Shown piece by piece: positions 20,857 through 31,789 of a DNA stretch of 64,000 nucleotides. Position numbers and translations under genes: made by a program. The stretch spans positions 10,008 to 74,007 of the forward strand of contig CBDBFU010000024.1 of assembly GCA_965205025.1 (NCBI GenBank), written 5' to 3'. Numbering within the stretch: position 1 is the first letter of the stretch; each line of letters starts with the position of its first letter. The stretch comes from Candidatus Poribacteria bacterium. GTDB taxonomy: Bacteria; Poribacteria; WGA-4E; WGA-3G. Under the pieces are notes generated by a model. That model saw nothing but the letters and a program-made list of their open reading frames with translations, was not told where the DNA came from and made no database searches.

Positions 20857-21894
20857 TTACAATTTCTCTTTGAGAGATCCCATTAAACCATCTGGAGGAT
20901 CAAATGGAAGATCGATAATTTCGTTAGTTATACCGCTATAGTATATACCCAACAGTAGATTGAATTCAGCGAGAGATTGTTTGAGATGGGTTGGATGTAC
21001 GTTGTTTTCATCATCAAGCCAGTCAAAGGCTGCTTCTGTTAGGTTACCCTGTGCCTGAATATCCTGTTCACCATAGTTGAGTGGTCCACCCTCATAACCG
21101 CCATCATGTGTGAATCGTTCCCAACTGCTAAAACGCCAATGAACAAATCCTTTTGTTCCCACAACAAATACACGTTTATGTGTCACAGTACCTCCACCCT
21201 CAGAAGCCAATGTTCCCATACCTGTCCCAAAGGCAAGTGAAACATGAAGACCGTTATCATATATCGCTTGGGCGGCAGCATGCATCGGAGAAGGTTGTGC
21301 TGAATCTAACTGTTCTTTTCCTGAAATTTGACCTAACACCCGGACAGGACGTGAGTTGTCAATATATGAGGATACCAGTTGCAATACATGAGGTGCTTGG
21401 TCAACAGGTGTGCTTCTTGCACTGGCATCAATAAACTTAATATCCCCAATCTTACCATCTGCAACATCTTGTTTTAATTCCAAGTTTTTGGGATGGAAAT
21501 TAAGCTGTGTGTTAACAATAAACTTCGTATTTGTCTCTTCAGCCAATCCTGCGATCTGCTTCCAGTCCTCACTTTCTACAGCAATGGGTTTTTCCACAAT
21601 AGCGGCAGGCACATTATGGTCTGATGCTTGTTTCATCAGGGAATAACGGATCCGTTGATTTGTACCGCGTAAGACTGGTGCCGTGACAATATGGAGTAAA
21701 TCCGGTTTCTCTTTTTCAAGCATCTCATCGAAATCAGTATATCGTGCGGATACATCAAAGTCATCCCCGAATTTATTGAGTAATTCCTCGTTCATATCAC
21801 AGATGGCACCGATTTTCCCACCCTTTACGAACCTGTAAGCACTCGCGTGGGCACGTGCCCGTCCACCACACCCTAAAAATGCACTTTTATACAT
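20857..21894 (-). CDS. Gfo/Idh/MocA oxidoreductase (array copy 2)
   Basis: AGGAG RBS, MYKSAFLGCGGRA, EKP. Confidence 0.9.
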   Translation of the reverse strand: MYKSAFLGCGGRARAHASAYRFVKGGKIGAICDMNEELLNKFGDDFDVSARYTDFDEMLEKEKPDLLHIVTAPVLRGTNQRIRYSLMKQASDHNVPAAIVEKPIAVESEDWKQIAGLAEETNTKFIVNTQLNFHPKNLELKQDVADGKIGDIKFIDASARSTPVDQAPHVLQLVSSYIDNSRPVRVLGQISGKEQLDSAQPSPMHAAAQAIYDNGLHVSLAFGTGMGTLASEGGGTVTHKRVFVVGTKGFVHWRFSSWERFTHDGGYEGGPLNYGEQDIQAQGNLTEAAFDWLDDENNVHPTHLKQSLAEFNLLLGIYYSGITNEIIDLPFDPPDGLMGSLKEKL

Positions 21895-21994
21895 GAATAT
21901 GTCTCCTTTGCCGAAAGTATATAACAAATAGCGTTAGTAACATAAATGTTCGCTGCTACCACTATTTCTAAGTGTTGAATGATTTTAACTCGTT

Positions 21995-23032
21995 TTACAA
22001 TTTTTCTCTAAGCATGTCCATTAATCCGTCTGGAGGATCAAATGGAAGATCAATCATTTCATTTGTAATTCCGCTGTAATACATTCCCAATAACAGATTG
22101 AACTCAGCAAGTGATTGTTTTAGATGTGTTGGATGTTCCTTTTTCTCATCATCAAGCCAATCAAAGACTGCCTCAGTAAGGTTTCCTTGTGCGAGTACAT
22201 CCTGTTCCCCATAGCTGAGTGGACCACCTTCGTAGCCACCATCCTGCGTAGAACGTTCCCAACTGCTAAAACGCCAATGTACAAAACCCTTTGTTCCCAC
22301 TACAAATACACGTTTATGACAATAAATGCCCTGATCATCGGATGCCATTGTACCCATACCTTGTCCAAATGCTAAAGATACATGTAGACCATTTTGATAT
22401 ATGACTTGTGCGGCAGCATGCATAGGGGAGGGTTGTGCTGATTCCAGATGGTCTCTGCCAGCAATCTGCCCCATAAGCCGTTCAGGTCGTGAGTTGTCTA
22501 TGTAAGATGAAACCAACTGAAGGACGTGTGGGCCTTGGTCAACAGGTGTGCTTCTTGCACTGGCATCAATGAACTTAATATCACCAATCTTCCCATCCGC
22601 GACATCACGTTTCAGTTCGAGATTTTTTGGATGAAAATTGAGTTGTGTATTGACGACAAATTTGGTTTTAGTCTCATCAGCTAATCCTGCGATCTGTTTC
22701 CAATCCTCGCTCTCAACCGCGATCGGTTTTTCAATGATTGCTGCTGGCACCCGATGGTCAGACGCTTGTTTCATCAAGGAATAACGAATACGTTCATTTG
22801 AACCACGAAGTACAGGGGCAGTAACGATGTGTAATACATCCGGTTTTTCTTTTTCAAGCATCTCGTCCAAGTCTGTATAACGGGACGAGATATCAAAATC
22901 ATCTCCGAATTTATTGAGTAGTTCTTGGTTCATATCGCAGATAGCTGCGAGTTTGCCACCATTAACATGGCGATATGCGTTTGCATGTCCTCGGGCGCGT
23001 CCTCCGCACCCTAACATTGCACTTTTGTACAT
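21995..23032 (-). CDS. Gfo/Idh/MocA oxidoreductase (array copy 1)
   Basis: MYKSAMLGCGGRA, EKP, DQGPH. Confidence 0.9.
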   Translation of the reverse strand: MYKSAMLGCGGRARGHANAYRHVNGGKLAAICDMNQELLNKFGDDFDISSRYTDLDEMLEKEKPDVLHIVTAPVLRGSNERIRYSLMKQASDHRVPAAIIEKPIAVESEDWKQIAGLADETKTKFVVNTQLNFHPKNLELKRDVADGKIGDIKFIDASARSTPVDQGPHVLQLVSSYIDNSRPERLMGQIAGRDHLESAQPSPMHAAAQVIYQNGLHVSLAFGQGMGTMASDDQGIYCHKRVFVVGTKGFVHWRFSSWERSTQDGGYEGGPLSYGEQDVLAQGNLTEAVFDWLDDEKKEHPTHLKQSLAEFNLLLGMYYSGITNEMIDLPFDPPDGLMDMLREKL

Positions 23033-23267
23033 AAAACTGTCTCCCGCTGAGGGTATCTATCATCGGTTTTGCCATTAACTTATCAGAAGGAACCACTTTT
23101 GTCAAAGGTTATTAAATCTTTAAACTTCATTAGCAAAACGAATTTACTTTTGTCTTGAAGTGTGTTAATATGTTGTTAAGAAGCATTGCTGGCGTGCTGA
23201 GTCTATTTTCGAGAAAATATATTTGTTTTACCATGTCACTCTCTGCTGGCATTGTGAGGTACCCCCG

Positions 23268-26200
23268 ATGAAAAAAGTACTATCAGACTATATAAAATCA
23301 CAGGATGACTTTGATCGATTTTGCAATCTATTCCTAAAAAAGGAAGTGTCTCCCTTCGTAAAAGTTTACGATGCAGCAGGAGCTGATAGCGGTATTGATG
23401 CAGACTACACCGGCGTTTATAAGGATAAAGAGGGTACCTGGGTTTTCCAATACAAATTCTTTGACCCCACAATGGATAAAGGACGTGCGCGCAGCCAACT
23501 CATTACCCAAATGAAAGGCGGTAAACGTAAAAAAGGTGAACTTGACAAAGCCAATGCGTTGGATTGTGATCACTACGTTCTTATGACCAGTATCCCGCTT
23601 ACTGTAGGAAACAAGCGTAAATTTGAGGACATTAAAAATGAGAAAGGATACACTTTTTCGTTGACCTGTTGGGACGCAGAAGACCTCATCACAATGACCG
23701 ATGCGTTTCCATACCTCTTAAACTCATTCCGAGATCCCCATCTACCTGTGTTCCTTTCTTGGCAGGATATGTTCCGAAATCAAATTGCCGGTGAACATCA
23801 ACTGTTAAGATACGACTATGAAACCTTCGGACGCGAGGATGAGATTAGTCAATTTCAAACCTTCGTTCAGGCCCCAGAAAAAAGACTCCTCATGCTATAC
23901 GGCAGCGGTGGCATTGGAAAAACGAAGCTTGCTATTGAGTTTGCAAAGGTAATAGAACGCGATCACACAGATTATGAACCACTCTTTGTTCAGATGGCGG
24001 GGGACAGTTTTGAAAGTGCCTTAGCTGACATTCCACCCAATCGTAAATATATCTTTTTTGTAGATGATGCACATGACTTTATTGACCATCTTGGGGGCAT
24101 CAGAATACTGTTGAATAGTCCCGGATACAGCGAATCCAAAGCAGCTCTCATAACTCGGAAGCCGTTTAAAACGTTTTTAGAGAGTAGTTTTCTAAAGGCC
24201 TTACCTGATAACGCGGCCGATGAACTTGAAATTTCGAAACTCCCTCTGGAGAAAACGAAGGAATTTATCCGTAAGTATACACATATACCTGATGGATCTC
24301 AATTAGCAGGATTAGCACAGATCGGGCGAGATACACCGCTGCTTGCTGTTATGGTGATACATCTGTTCAAGCAGAAAGTTCATCTAAGCAACCAAATAAC
24401 ACATGATAAACGAATTGAACTCACCTTTGAGGCCTATCTAAACGACATCTTTAGTCAACATCTGCCAGAATCTGACAAGCGACATCGGGAATTGCTGGAT
24501 TGGCTCAGTGGAATTGGGTTGATCGATGCTGAAGATAATCAAATATGCGAAAAATTGGCTGAGATTTTAAGTATGGAATCTTATAAGATAGAGCAGTACC
24601 GAGATGATTTGATAAGGTACGGTTTGCTTGTTCAAATTGGGCGAAAACAGCGTGTCTTTCCTGATGCACTCAGTGACTATATTTTACAGAAAGCATGTTT
24701 TCTGTCCAATGGTAGACCATCTTCTTTTCACAAAAGCCTGATGAAGGAATTTTTACCACTTTTCCCTGTCAAAGTGGTCATCAATCTTGCTCGCGTCGAA
24801 AACATTGCTGGTGAAAAAAGCCTGCTTGATGAACACGTTGATTCTCTGAAAACCCGAGTACAGGAAGGTGATAATTTTGTCCGGATGGATACTCTGGAAC
24901 AGATGGAAGGTATCAGTTATTTTCGTCCAGATGATGCAATTGAGATTTTCAATATTATCTTGGGTAATCCGAACAGTAAAACCTCTGTGAGACATTATAC
25001 CGGATGGGTATCTAAGCAAACCCATTTAGATTTAGTAAGGAAAATTGCCAAAGAAGCACAGAAAACAGTCAATACGCTCTCTGGATTTATGAAAACGCTG
25101 GAAGTAGTCCGGAAACTCCTTATGATGGGAGATTTGGAACTTCCCAATCACGACTCGCCACAAGAATTGTTGAAAAGGATGACAGGTTTCCAAACGAACA
25201 AACCGAGCGCATTCCAAATGAAAGCACTTGAAGTGTTTGAGGAGTGGAAAACGGAAGATAAACCGGAATTAAGCATAGCTCTACTCAACGCACTTGATAC
25301 ACTTCTCGTGCTGGACTTCAGTGAAACTGTCAGTGAAGGTGGTGGTTTGAAATTCGGTTGGCACCATTTAACATATACACCTGAATTAATCCACCTCAGA
25401 GCAAAGGCGAACGACCTAATTGAGTATTGCCTGAGAACGTCCCAACATAGTACCGTCAGAGCGAAGGCGATAGACTCTATGAGCAGCGCGATTAATCCTT
25501 TGGAAAGTCCATTTCGAAAGGGAATCTCAAAAAAAGACCAAGCTTTATTACAAAAGGAACAGACACGACTCTTCAACATATTAGCTGATCAAACCGCAAA
25601 GGAGACCGACTTTACTGTTCTGAACGCGATAGATCAGTGCCTGCACGGATACGCAGAGAATACCTATTTAGAAGGTTTCCCAAAAGAGAGAGCAGAAGAA
25701 TTACTTTCTAAATTGCGTGAACATGAAAATTATGAGAAGTATCTTTTTTATCGTCAATTGACTGGAAAATTCCAAGACTGGAAAATGACGGAGAATGCTG
25801 AGCAAACCCAAGTGTTTTTGAAAAAGCACATTAAGAAATTCACACCTCTCCAACTCTCAAAATTAATGCAAGAATGTATACAGATTGCTGAAAGAGACAA
25901 GGAGCATCGCAGTATCAGAAACAGCATCTGGGCAGAAAAAGGGTGGATACCGGGAAGGGCGACAGCACTGCTTCATTCTATCGGAGAATTTAACCCCTCC
26001 TACGGTTCTGATTTATTGGACCACATTGTTGATTGGCAGACAGAGGAATCGCATTGTGCATCTGGACTGCTGAGTGGTATACGCTACACTAACAAGGATA
26101 AAGGAAGCGAGGCAACTCACCGTCTTTTGGATCAGAATACCATCTTTGCCAAACGCATTGTTGCAAGAAGTTATCTCTGGCGAAGTAAAACGGATGGATG

Positions 26201-27194
26201 TATCGGAAAAGAAGATCTGTCCATTTTAGATCAATTGTCTAAAACGCCAGACTCGCAATTGCGGCAATATATAGCCGAAAGCCTTCCCAATTTCTATGGT
26301 GTAGACGCGCAAATTGTCCTTGAGATTTTGGTAGAACTATCAAGTGATGAATCACAGATGGTTACGAGGCAAGTCATACATTCCCTCACCAGCAAAGACC
26401 TTAAATTCTCGCCACAAAACCACTTAAAAAAATATAAGCAGGTGATGCTTAATTGTGTCCGTTTAGAACGCATTGATTCTGACGCTGAACAAGCACTTCA
26501 GGCTATCTTCAGGCACGATCCGATCTGGGTCATCGAATTTTTTGAGAAGCGAATTACTTACAAAGAAAACGAATCTAAACGCTACGATTCAATTTCGGAT
26601 CATCCATCTGAGTGGTTTAAGTTTGACGCACTTCCGCATCGACCACACTATCTGTTTGAGGGTGTGGATTGGAATGATGAAAACGCGGTGTCGGCTTTGC
26701 GGTGCGTAAGAGATTGGGTTCTTACGTCCTCAAACCTCCTGAAATTTGAGGCTCCCAACCTGCTTACCTCTATGCTCAGTGGAAACAACCCGCGCAGTGA
26801 TGAAATTAAAATTAATTCCGCAATGCGAAAACTCTTTGAGGAGTGGATAGAATCAGAAAATTTAGAACTGATGAGGGAAGCCGCTTATCTGATGAGGGGA
26901 TTTGACGCAGACGCAGTCTTTTATTCCCTTTCAGAGTCGCTTGTGATAAAAAGTGAAGGCGACAAACAGGTAAAAAGCGGAATCACTGCTGCGCTTTTTT
27001 CGGGAGTTTACTCAAGAAACTTCGGTGATCCGGCACCACATCTTGCGAAACAAATTGAAGACCTCAAAGCATTGAAAGACAAAACGCAATCCTTGATTTT
27101 TGCAGAATTTGCCAAATATCTGATAAAAATGACAGAGCAAGATATTGAAAAACAATTGCAGGAAGATGAAGAGTTTCTTGAAGGCGAGGCATGA
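23268..27194 (+). CDS. Mrr-like PD-(D/E)XK nuclease - STAND P-loop NTPase - long helical repeat protein (Avs-like)
   Basis: N-terminal GADSGIDA...WVFQYKF; FGREDE; Walker A GSGGIGKT; Walker B FFVDDAH; ITR sensor; DTPLLA; ~800-aa helical C-terminus; GAGG RBS before ATG 23268. Confidence 0.75.
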   Translation: MKKVLSDYIKSQDDFDRFCNLFLKKEVSPFVKVYDAAGADSGIDADYTGVYKDKEGTWVFQYKFFDPTMDKGRARSQLITQMKGGKRKKGELDKANALDCDHYVLMTSIPLTVGNKRKFEDIKNEKGYTFSLTCWDAEDLITMTDAFPYLLNSFRDPHLPVFLSWQDMFRNQIAGEHQLLRYDYETFGREDEISQFQTFVQAPEKRLLMLYGSGGIGKTKLAIEFAKVIERDHTDYEPLFVQMAGDSFESALADIPPNRKYIFFVDDAHDFIDHLGGIRILLNSPGYSESKAALITRKPFKTFLESSFLKALPDNAADELEISKLPLEKTKEFIRKYTHIPDGSQLAGLAQIGRDTPLLAVMVIHLFKQKVHLSNQITHDKRIELTFEAYLNDIFSQHLPESDKRHRELLDWLSGIGLIDAEDNQICEKLAEILSMESYKIEQYRDDLIRYGLLVQIGRKQRVFPDALSDYILQKACFLSNGRPSSFHKSLMKEFLPLFPVKVVINLARVENIAGEKSLLDEHVDSLKTRVQEGDNFVRMDTLEQMEGISYFRPDDAIEIFNIILGNPNSKTSVRHYTGWVSKQTHLDLVRKIAKEAQKTVNTLSGFMKTLEVVRKLLMMGDLELPNHDSPQELLKRMTGFQTNKPSAFQMKALEVFEEWKTEDKPELSIALLNALDTLLVLDFSETVSEGGGLKFGWHHLTYTPELIHLRAKANDLIEYCLRTSQHSTVRAKAIDSMSSAINPLESPFRKGISKKDQALLQKEQTRLFNILADQTAKETDFTVLNAIDQCLHGYAENTYLEGFPKERAEELLSKLREHENYEKYLFYRQLTGKFQDWKMTENAEQTQVFLKKHIKKFTPLQLSKLMQECIQIAERDKEHRSIRNSIWAEKGWIPGRATALLHSIGEFNPSYGSDLLDHIVDWQTEESHCASGLLSGIRYTNKDKGSEATHRLLDQNTIFAKRIVARSYLWRSKTDGCIGKEDLSILDQLSKTPDSQLRQYIAESLPNFYGVDAQIVLEILVELSSDESQMVTRQVIHSLTSKDLKFSPQNHLKKYKQVMLNCVRLERIDSDAEQALQAIFRHDPIWVIEFFEKRITYKENESKRYDSISDHPSEWFKFDALPHRPHYLFEGVDWNDENAVSALRCVRDWVLTSSNLLKFEAPNLLTSMLSGNNPRSDEIKINSAMRKLFEEWIESENLELMREAAYLMRGFDADAVFYSLSESLVIKSEGDKQVKSGITAALFSGVYSRNFGDPAPHLAKQIEDLKALKDKTQSLIFAEFAKYLIKMTEQDIEKQLQEDEEFLEGEA

Positions 27195-28045
27195 TATATC
27201 CAATTCACGAAGTAAGCCTTATGCAGGAAATCAAAGTGCTTTTTGCAAAGAGCGAAATTCATGACTCTGTAGCTTTAACAGCATCAGCTGGGCAAAGTTC
27301 TGGCTCAAAGTTAACAGCACAAGAGGCTGAATCTGAAATTCAGAAGTTGATTCCTACAATCCGACAACGGCTTAGTGCTGCAAAGTTTTATCTTGATGCA
27401 ATAGAAAACATGAACCATGCACCTTATCTGGAAAAGCAATCCTCTTTGTCTGAAGAGCAAAAACCGTTGATTAATTTCTCTGATATTGACCTACATGTTC
27501 AGATTGACTTATTGAACCCCGATGCTTTCCCATTGGTTGTTTTCATTCTACTGAATGGATTTTTTTCCAATTTAGTTGGCTCTGAGGATTGTGTAGCCAA
27601 GGTTATCAATATTGTTTACGACTTAATCTTGTACGACAACCCTTATTCCAGTTCTCATGTACGTCAAGGATTAGAAAAGAAAGTGCGGCGAGAGCACTTA
27701 ACCCTCCACCTACGTAGGTTCCACGCAGTAAACCGGAAAAACAAAAAGGATGTAATAGACAAAAAGGGATCCCCTTTTAATATTGCCAAAGAGATTAGAA
27801 ACCAATTAATGCATGACCAGATAAAGGAAGTGATAGATTTCCCACCTCAATTTACCCTCTTGGGTTCTCCACCTAATCCTAATTTGTATTTGGAAGAGTC
27901 GTTTTTTCCTAATAATTCCCCTCGCGAGGACAGGGAGGTGATTGTTTTTTGCCATCGCGTATTTGAAAAAACAATAAGCTTCGTAGATGAATGCTACCGA
28001 CTCATTGAGCGAAAACTTCAGCGGAGCGGTAGTCTTCCGGTTTAA
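27191..28045 (+). CDS. HEPN-domain protein, Cthe_2314-like (putative RNase)
   Basis: FFSNLVGSEDCVAKVINIVY and RNQLMH (Rx4H); ATGA overlap with the STAND gene. Confidence 0.65.
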   Translation: MIYPIHEVSLMQEIKVLFAKSEIHDSVALTASAGQSSGSKLTAQEAESEIQKLIPTIRQRLSAAKFYLDAIENMNHAPYLEKQSSLSEEQKPLINFSDIDLHVQIDLLNPDAFPLVVFILLNGFFSNLVGSEDCVAKVINIVYDLILYDNPYSSSHVRQGLEKKVRREHLTLHLRRFHAVNRKNKKDVIDKKGSPFNIAKEIRNQLMHDQIKEVIDFPPQFTLLGSPPNPNLYLEESFFPNNSPREDREVIVFCHRVFEKTISFVDECYRLIERKLQRSGSLPV

Positions 28046-28137
28046 TGATCCGTCAATTTTCACTCCGAATGAGAAAGAATCATCATTCACAAATACCTTG
28101 CAAAGTTGAAGAAGATAAGTGCAATGCCAAATTGCTT

Positions 28138-29178
28138 CTACGCGTGAATATAAACCTTCTCACCGCTCTTAGCACTATCATAGAAGGCATCCAATATCTT
28201 CATATAGGTATAAGCGTTTTCTGCAGAAACATCCGGTTCAACGTTACCTGCAATTGCCATAGCAAAATGGTTGAGTTCATAGAAAAATACAGGCACATCT
28301 TCAGGTATCTCCCCATGATCAATTTCATTCTGTTCCTCAATCGTCTCTCGCACATATTCCCCATCTTTGAAACGAGAGATTCCACTGTTCGTTATTGCCC
28401 CTGTTGTACCGTAGAATTCTACAATATCTCTTGATTCTGTATGCCCCATCCGTGTACAATCAATCTGAATTGTTTTTCCACCTTCACATCCGAGGATACC
28501 AGAAAAGTAATCTTCTGCTGCACCTTCTGGTCCATCATACTTTGGATAGAGGACATGCTTGACACCGAATGCCCACTCCGGTTTTGGACATCCCATCCAC
28601 CACCATGTTAAGTTGAGTTCATGTGAGAAGTGTTGTCCTAATGAACCGCCCTTCTGTCCATATACATGTAACCACCGATTGTTTGTATCAAGTGGTGGTA
28701 AGAAATTGAATTTCCCAAAAACGCGTGCATGGTATGGCTCACCAATTGCCCCATTTGCTATTGCATTTCGTATTTGACGGTTAATTGGAAAATGTCGCAT
28801 AAAATAACAGAATTGAAGCGTTTTTTCAGCTTTTTGAGCCGCTTCTTGCATCTCTAATATCTCAGGAGCTCGGAGTGCATGTGGTTTTTGTACTAACACA
28901 TGCTTGCCTGCAGCAAGTGTATCCAAGACTTGCGGTAGCCTAACATCTGGAGAGGTGGCAAGATAAACAGCCTCGACAGCCGAATCATTAAGAAGTTCTT
29001 TATAATCCGCATATCGATTTGGTACAGAATGTTCATCTCCTGCTTCTTCTCTACGGGTAGGATCACGTTCTGCAATTGCGATGACGGTTAGCCGAGAAGT
29101 GGCATTAGCAGAAGCGATTGCTTGACGACCTGCCCATCCACATCCAACGACTCCGATTTGAATGAGTTGTTCTGGCAT
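28138..29178 (-). CDS. Gfo/Idh/MocA oxidoreductase (different subfamily from the array)
   Basis: GVVGCGWAG, GKHVLVQKP, GGSLGQHFSH; AGGAG RBS. Confidence 0.9.
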   Translation of the reverse strand: MPEQLIQIGVVGCGWAGRQAIASANATSRLTVIAIAERDPTRREEAGDEHSVPNRYADYKELLNDSAVEAVYLATSPDVRLPQVLDTLAAGKHVLVQKPHALRAPEILEMQEAAQKAEKTLQFCYFMRHFPINRQIRNAIANGAIGEPYHARVFGKFNFLPPLDTNNRWLHVYGQKGGSLGQHFSHELNLTWWWMGCPKPEWAFGVKHVLYPKYDGPEGAAEDYFSGILGCEGGKTIQIDCTRMGHTESRDIVEFYGTTGAITNSGISRFKDGEYVRETIEEQNEIDHGEIPEDVPVFFYELNHFAMAIAGNVEPDVSAENAYTYMKILDAFYDSAKSGEKVYIHA

Positions 29179-29287
29179 AAGAGTGTCTCCTATATTTCTT
29201 TTATAATATGGTGTTGGAATTAAGAGTTCCATCCAGATCAATCAAAATGTTTTGGATGTGCCAAGGTGATTTATCCCTTCCAACATA

Positions 29288-30475
29288 TTACGGTTCTACA
29301 ACTTTGTAGTATTGAACTGTCCCATTTTGTATTTTCTGGATTACAAGACTTTTTACGGGATGGCGATTGTCATCATAGTGTGAGATGGTTGTGGCCCCCT
29401 TATAATTTTTCACAGATGCATATTCATCTCGAACAGTAAGAGGTTCGAGTGAACCTGCTCTCTCTATTGCTTGTGCTAAAAGACGCATTGCGTCATAGCC
29501 TGAGGCAGCAATACCATCTGGGGGTGTATTATATAGATCCATATATCCATTTACAAATTCCTGCACGGATGTATCTTGTGATACTGTGGAGAAATTTGTT
29601 GGGTAATAACTCCCATCCAACACACTACTATCTTCCAGCACACTAAGGAATCGTTCCCTATCATCCCATGCACTGCCACCGAGGAAGGTTGCTGTGATAC
29701 CGATTTTCCGTGCTTCACTAATCAGTATTGGGACTTCTGGTTGAGAACCGGGACAGAAGATAACATCGGGTGCTGCAGTCTGTATCTCTGTTATGAGGGG
29801 GTTGAAACTGGTTGCACCTTCTGTATAACTTCCTCTGTAAACAATTCGACCCCCTTCATCTTGAAAAGCTGTGTCAAATGCACTGACAAGATCTGTCGAG
29901 TATGCGTCTCCTGTCTCATAGATTGTCGCTGCAGTTATTTCTTCAAGTCCAAGTTTCTCAGCAATTGTGTTAAATGCAAAATTAGCCATTACTGTTCCTT
30001 GAAAAGGGTTTGGAACTGTTATTAGAAAAATATAGTCTCCAATAGCAGGCACTTGTGATCCGCTTGAACCTGGAAGCATGAGTCGTTGTGATTGTTGTGC
30101 AATTGGACCCACTTCAACAGCCATAGTAGAACGAACTGGACCGAGTATTGAAAACACTTGTTCTTTCTCAATCAATTCTTTTGCGGCAGCTATACTTGCT
30201 TCTGGTGTTGGTTCGTCTTCAGCAGGTTGATTATTTCGATAAATGAATTCTACTGGCATTCCAAGGACACCACCCTTATTATTAATTTGTAGTCGGGCGG
30301 TTTCTACTCCTTGACTAAAAGTAGTGTAACTATGCCCTGGTTGAATTACGCCTATTTTCAGAGTTGTTATAGTTGTTCCTGGTTGTATAACCTGTTCTAT
30401 TTTTTCGCACCCTGATAACGATATACTTAGAGCGACAAGAATAATTATTATAAAAATGAAATGTCTTCTGCTCAT
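29288..30475 (-). CDS. LivJ/LivK-type ABC substrate-binding lipoprotein
   Basis: Lipobox LSGC; INNKGGVLG, ILGPVRS, GYDAM, YKGAT. Confidence 0.85.
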   Translation of the reverse strand: MSRRHFIFIIIILVALSISLSGCEKIEQVIQPGTTITTLKIGVIQPGHSYTTFSQGVETARLQINNKGGVLGMPVEFIYRNNQPAEDEPTPEASIAAAKELIEKEQVFSILGPVRSTMAVEVGPIAQQSQRLMLPGSSGSQVPAIGDYIFLITVPNPFQGTVMANFAFNTIAEKLGLEEITAATIYETGDAYSTDLVSAFDTAFQDEGGRIVYRGSYTEGATSFNPLITEIQTAAPDVIFCPGSQPEVPILISEARKIGITATFLGGSAWDDRERFLSVLEDSSVLDGSYYPTNFSTVSQDTSVQEFVNGYMDLYNTPPDGIAASGYDAMRLLAQAIERAGSLEPLTVRDEYASVKNYKGATTISHYDDNRHPVKSLVIQKIQNGTVQYYKVVEP

Positions 30476-30719
30476 TTTATGTGTATTCCTTCTATATGAA
30501 ATCCTTGAATAAAATATAGTATTATGATAATCTGTCCATAGTATTCTATAGACTTGTGAAAACAATAACAGATTCCTTCTATCTTGTCAAACTATAGAAG
30601 TATTCCTCAAAATAACTGTCAGACAAAACTGTTTCAACAAACATAACCATACCTAAAGGAATATAGACTGGGAGTTTATTTTTACTCTGTTTGTTTAAAC
30701 TCCAAAAAGGAGTAATTTC

Positions 30720-31778
30720 ATGGAACTCGGTTTTTTCACAATGCCATTACATCCCCCAGGGAGTGACACTACAAAAACACTTGATGACGATCTCGAACAG
30801 ATGGTAGTCCTTGACAAATTGGGTTACAAGGAAGCCTATGTTGGGGAACACTTTACCTTCACCTGGGAGAACATTCCTTCTCCTGACCTTTTTATTGCCA
30901 AGGCACTTGCAATGACAGAGAATATTACTTTTGGCACAGGAATAACGTGCATGCCTATTCACAATCCCGCAGTGGTTGCGCATCGTATTGCCCAATTAGA
31001 CCACCTTGCCCATGGACGGTTTCATTGGGGAGTCGGATCAAGTTCCACACCGAGTGATGCAGAGATGTTTATGGCAGGAGAGGATAGAAGGAAGGCGACA
31101 CGTGAAGGAATTGATGCTGTTCTAAAAATATGGACAGACCCCGAACCAGGACATTATAAAAGTGATTTTTGGGAGTTTAAAATCCCTGATGGACATCCAG
31201 ATATCGTAAGTATACACATGAAACCGTACCAAAAACCGCATCCACCGATTGCCTTGGCAGGATCATCGATGAAGTCGGATACACTCATTCTTGCGGGGGA
31301 ACGTGGATGGATACCGATGAGCATTAATCTCGCTCCTGTTTCTGTCATCAAAACGCATTGGGACGCAGTTGAAGAAGGAGCAGAAAAGACTGGTGAGAAT
31401 CCATCTCGATCTACATGGCGGATTGCCCGTGAAGTCTATGTGGCAGATACAAATGAACAAGCACGTAAAGAAGCAATTGAAGGGACACTTGGTCGAGATT
31501 TCCGCGATTACTGGTTCCGTTTGTGGGGATGGGAAAGATTCAAGATGAACGATGATATTCCAGATGTAGAATCCTGTCTGGAGAACTTATTGGATACGCT
31601 TTGGATTGTGGGTAGTCCTGACCATGTTGCCAATCGTCTACGTCAACTCTATGATGATGTTGGTGGTTTTGGTGTTTTATTGGCTATGGGACACGAATGG
31701 GAACCGAAAGAACAGTGGCTTCATTCTATGGAACTCCTTCAGAATGAGGTAATGCCTCAACTTACGGATTTGGGGTAA
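30720..31778 (+). CDS. Luciferase-like (LLM) flavin-dependent monooxygenase
   Basis: FTMPLHPP, VGEHF, AQLDHLAHGR, KPYQKPHPPI, IVGSPDHV. Confidence 0.9.
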   Translation: MELGFFTMPLHPPGSDTTKTLDDDLEQMVVLDKLGYKEAYVGEHFTFTWENIPSPDLFIAKALAMTENITFGTGITCMPIHNPAVVAHRIAQLDHLAHGRFHWGVGSSSTPSDAEMFMAGEDRRKATREGIDAVLKIWTDPEPGHYKSDFWEFKIPDGHPDIVSIHMKPYQKPHPPIALAGSSMKSDTLILAGERGWIPMSINLAPVSVIKTHWDAVEEGAEKTGENPSRSTWRIAREVYVADTNEQARKEAIEGTLGRDFRDYWFRLWGWERFKMNDDIPDVESCLENLLDTLWIVGSPDHVANRLRQLYDDVGGFGVLLAMGHEWEPKEQWLHSMELLQNEVMPQLTDLG

Positions 31779-31789
31779 TAATTGATATT

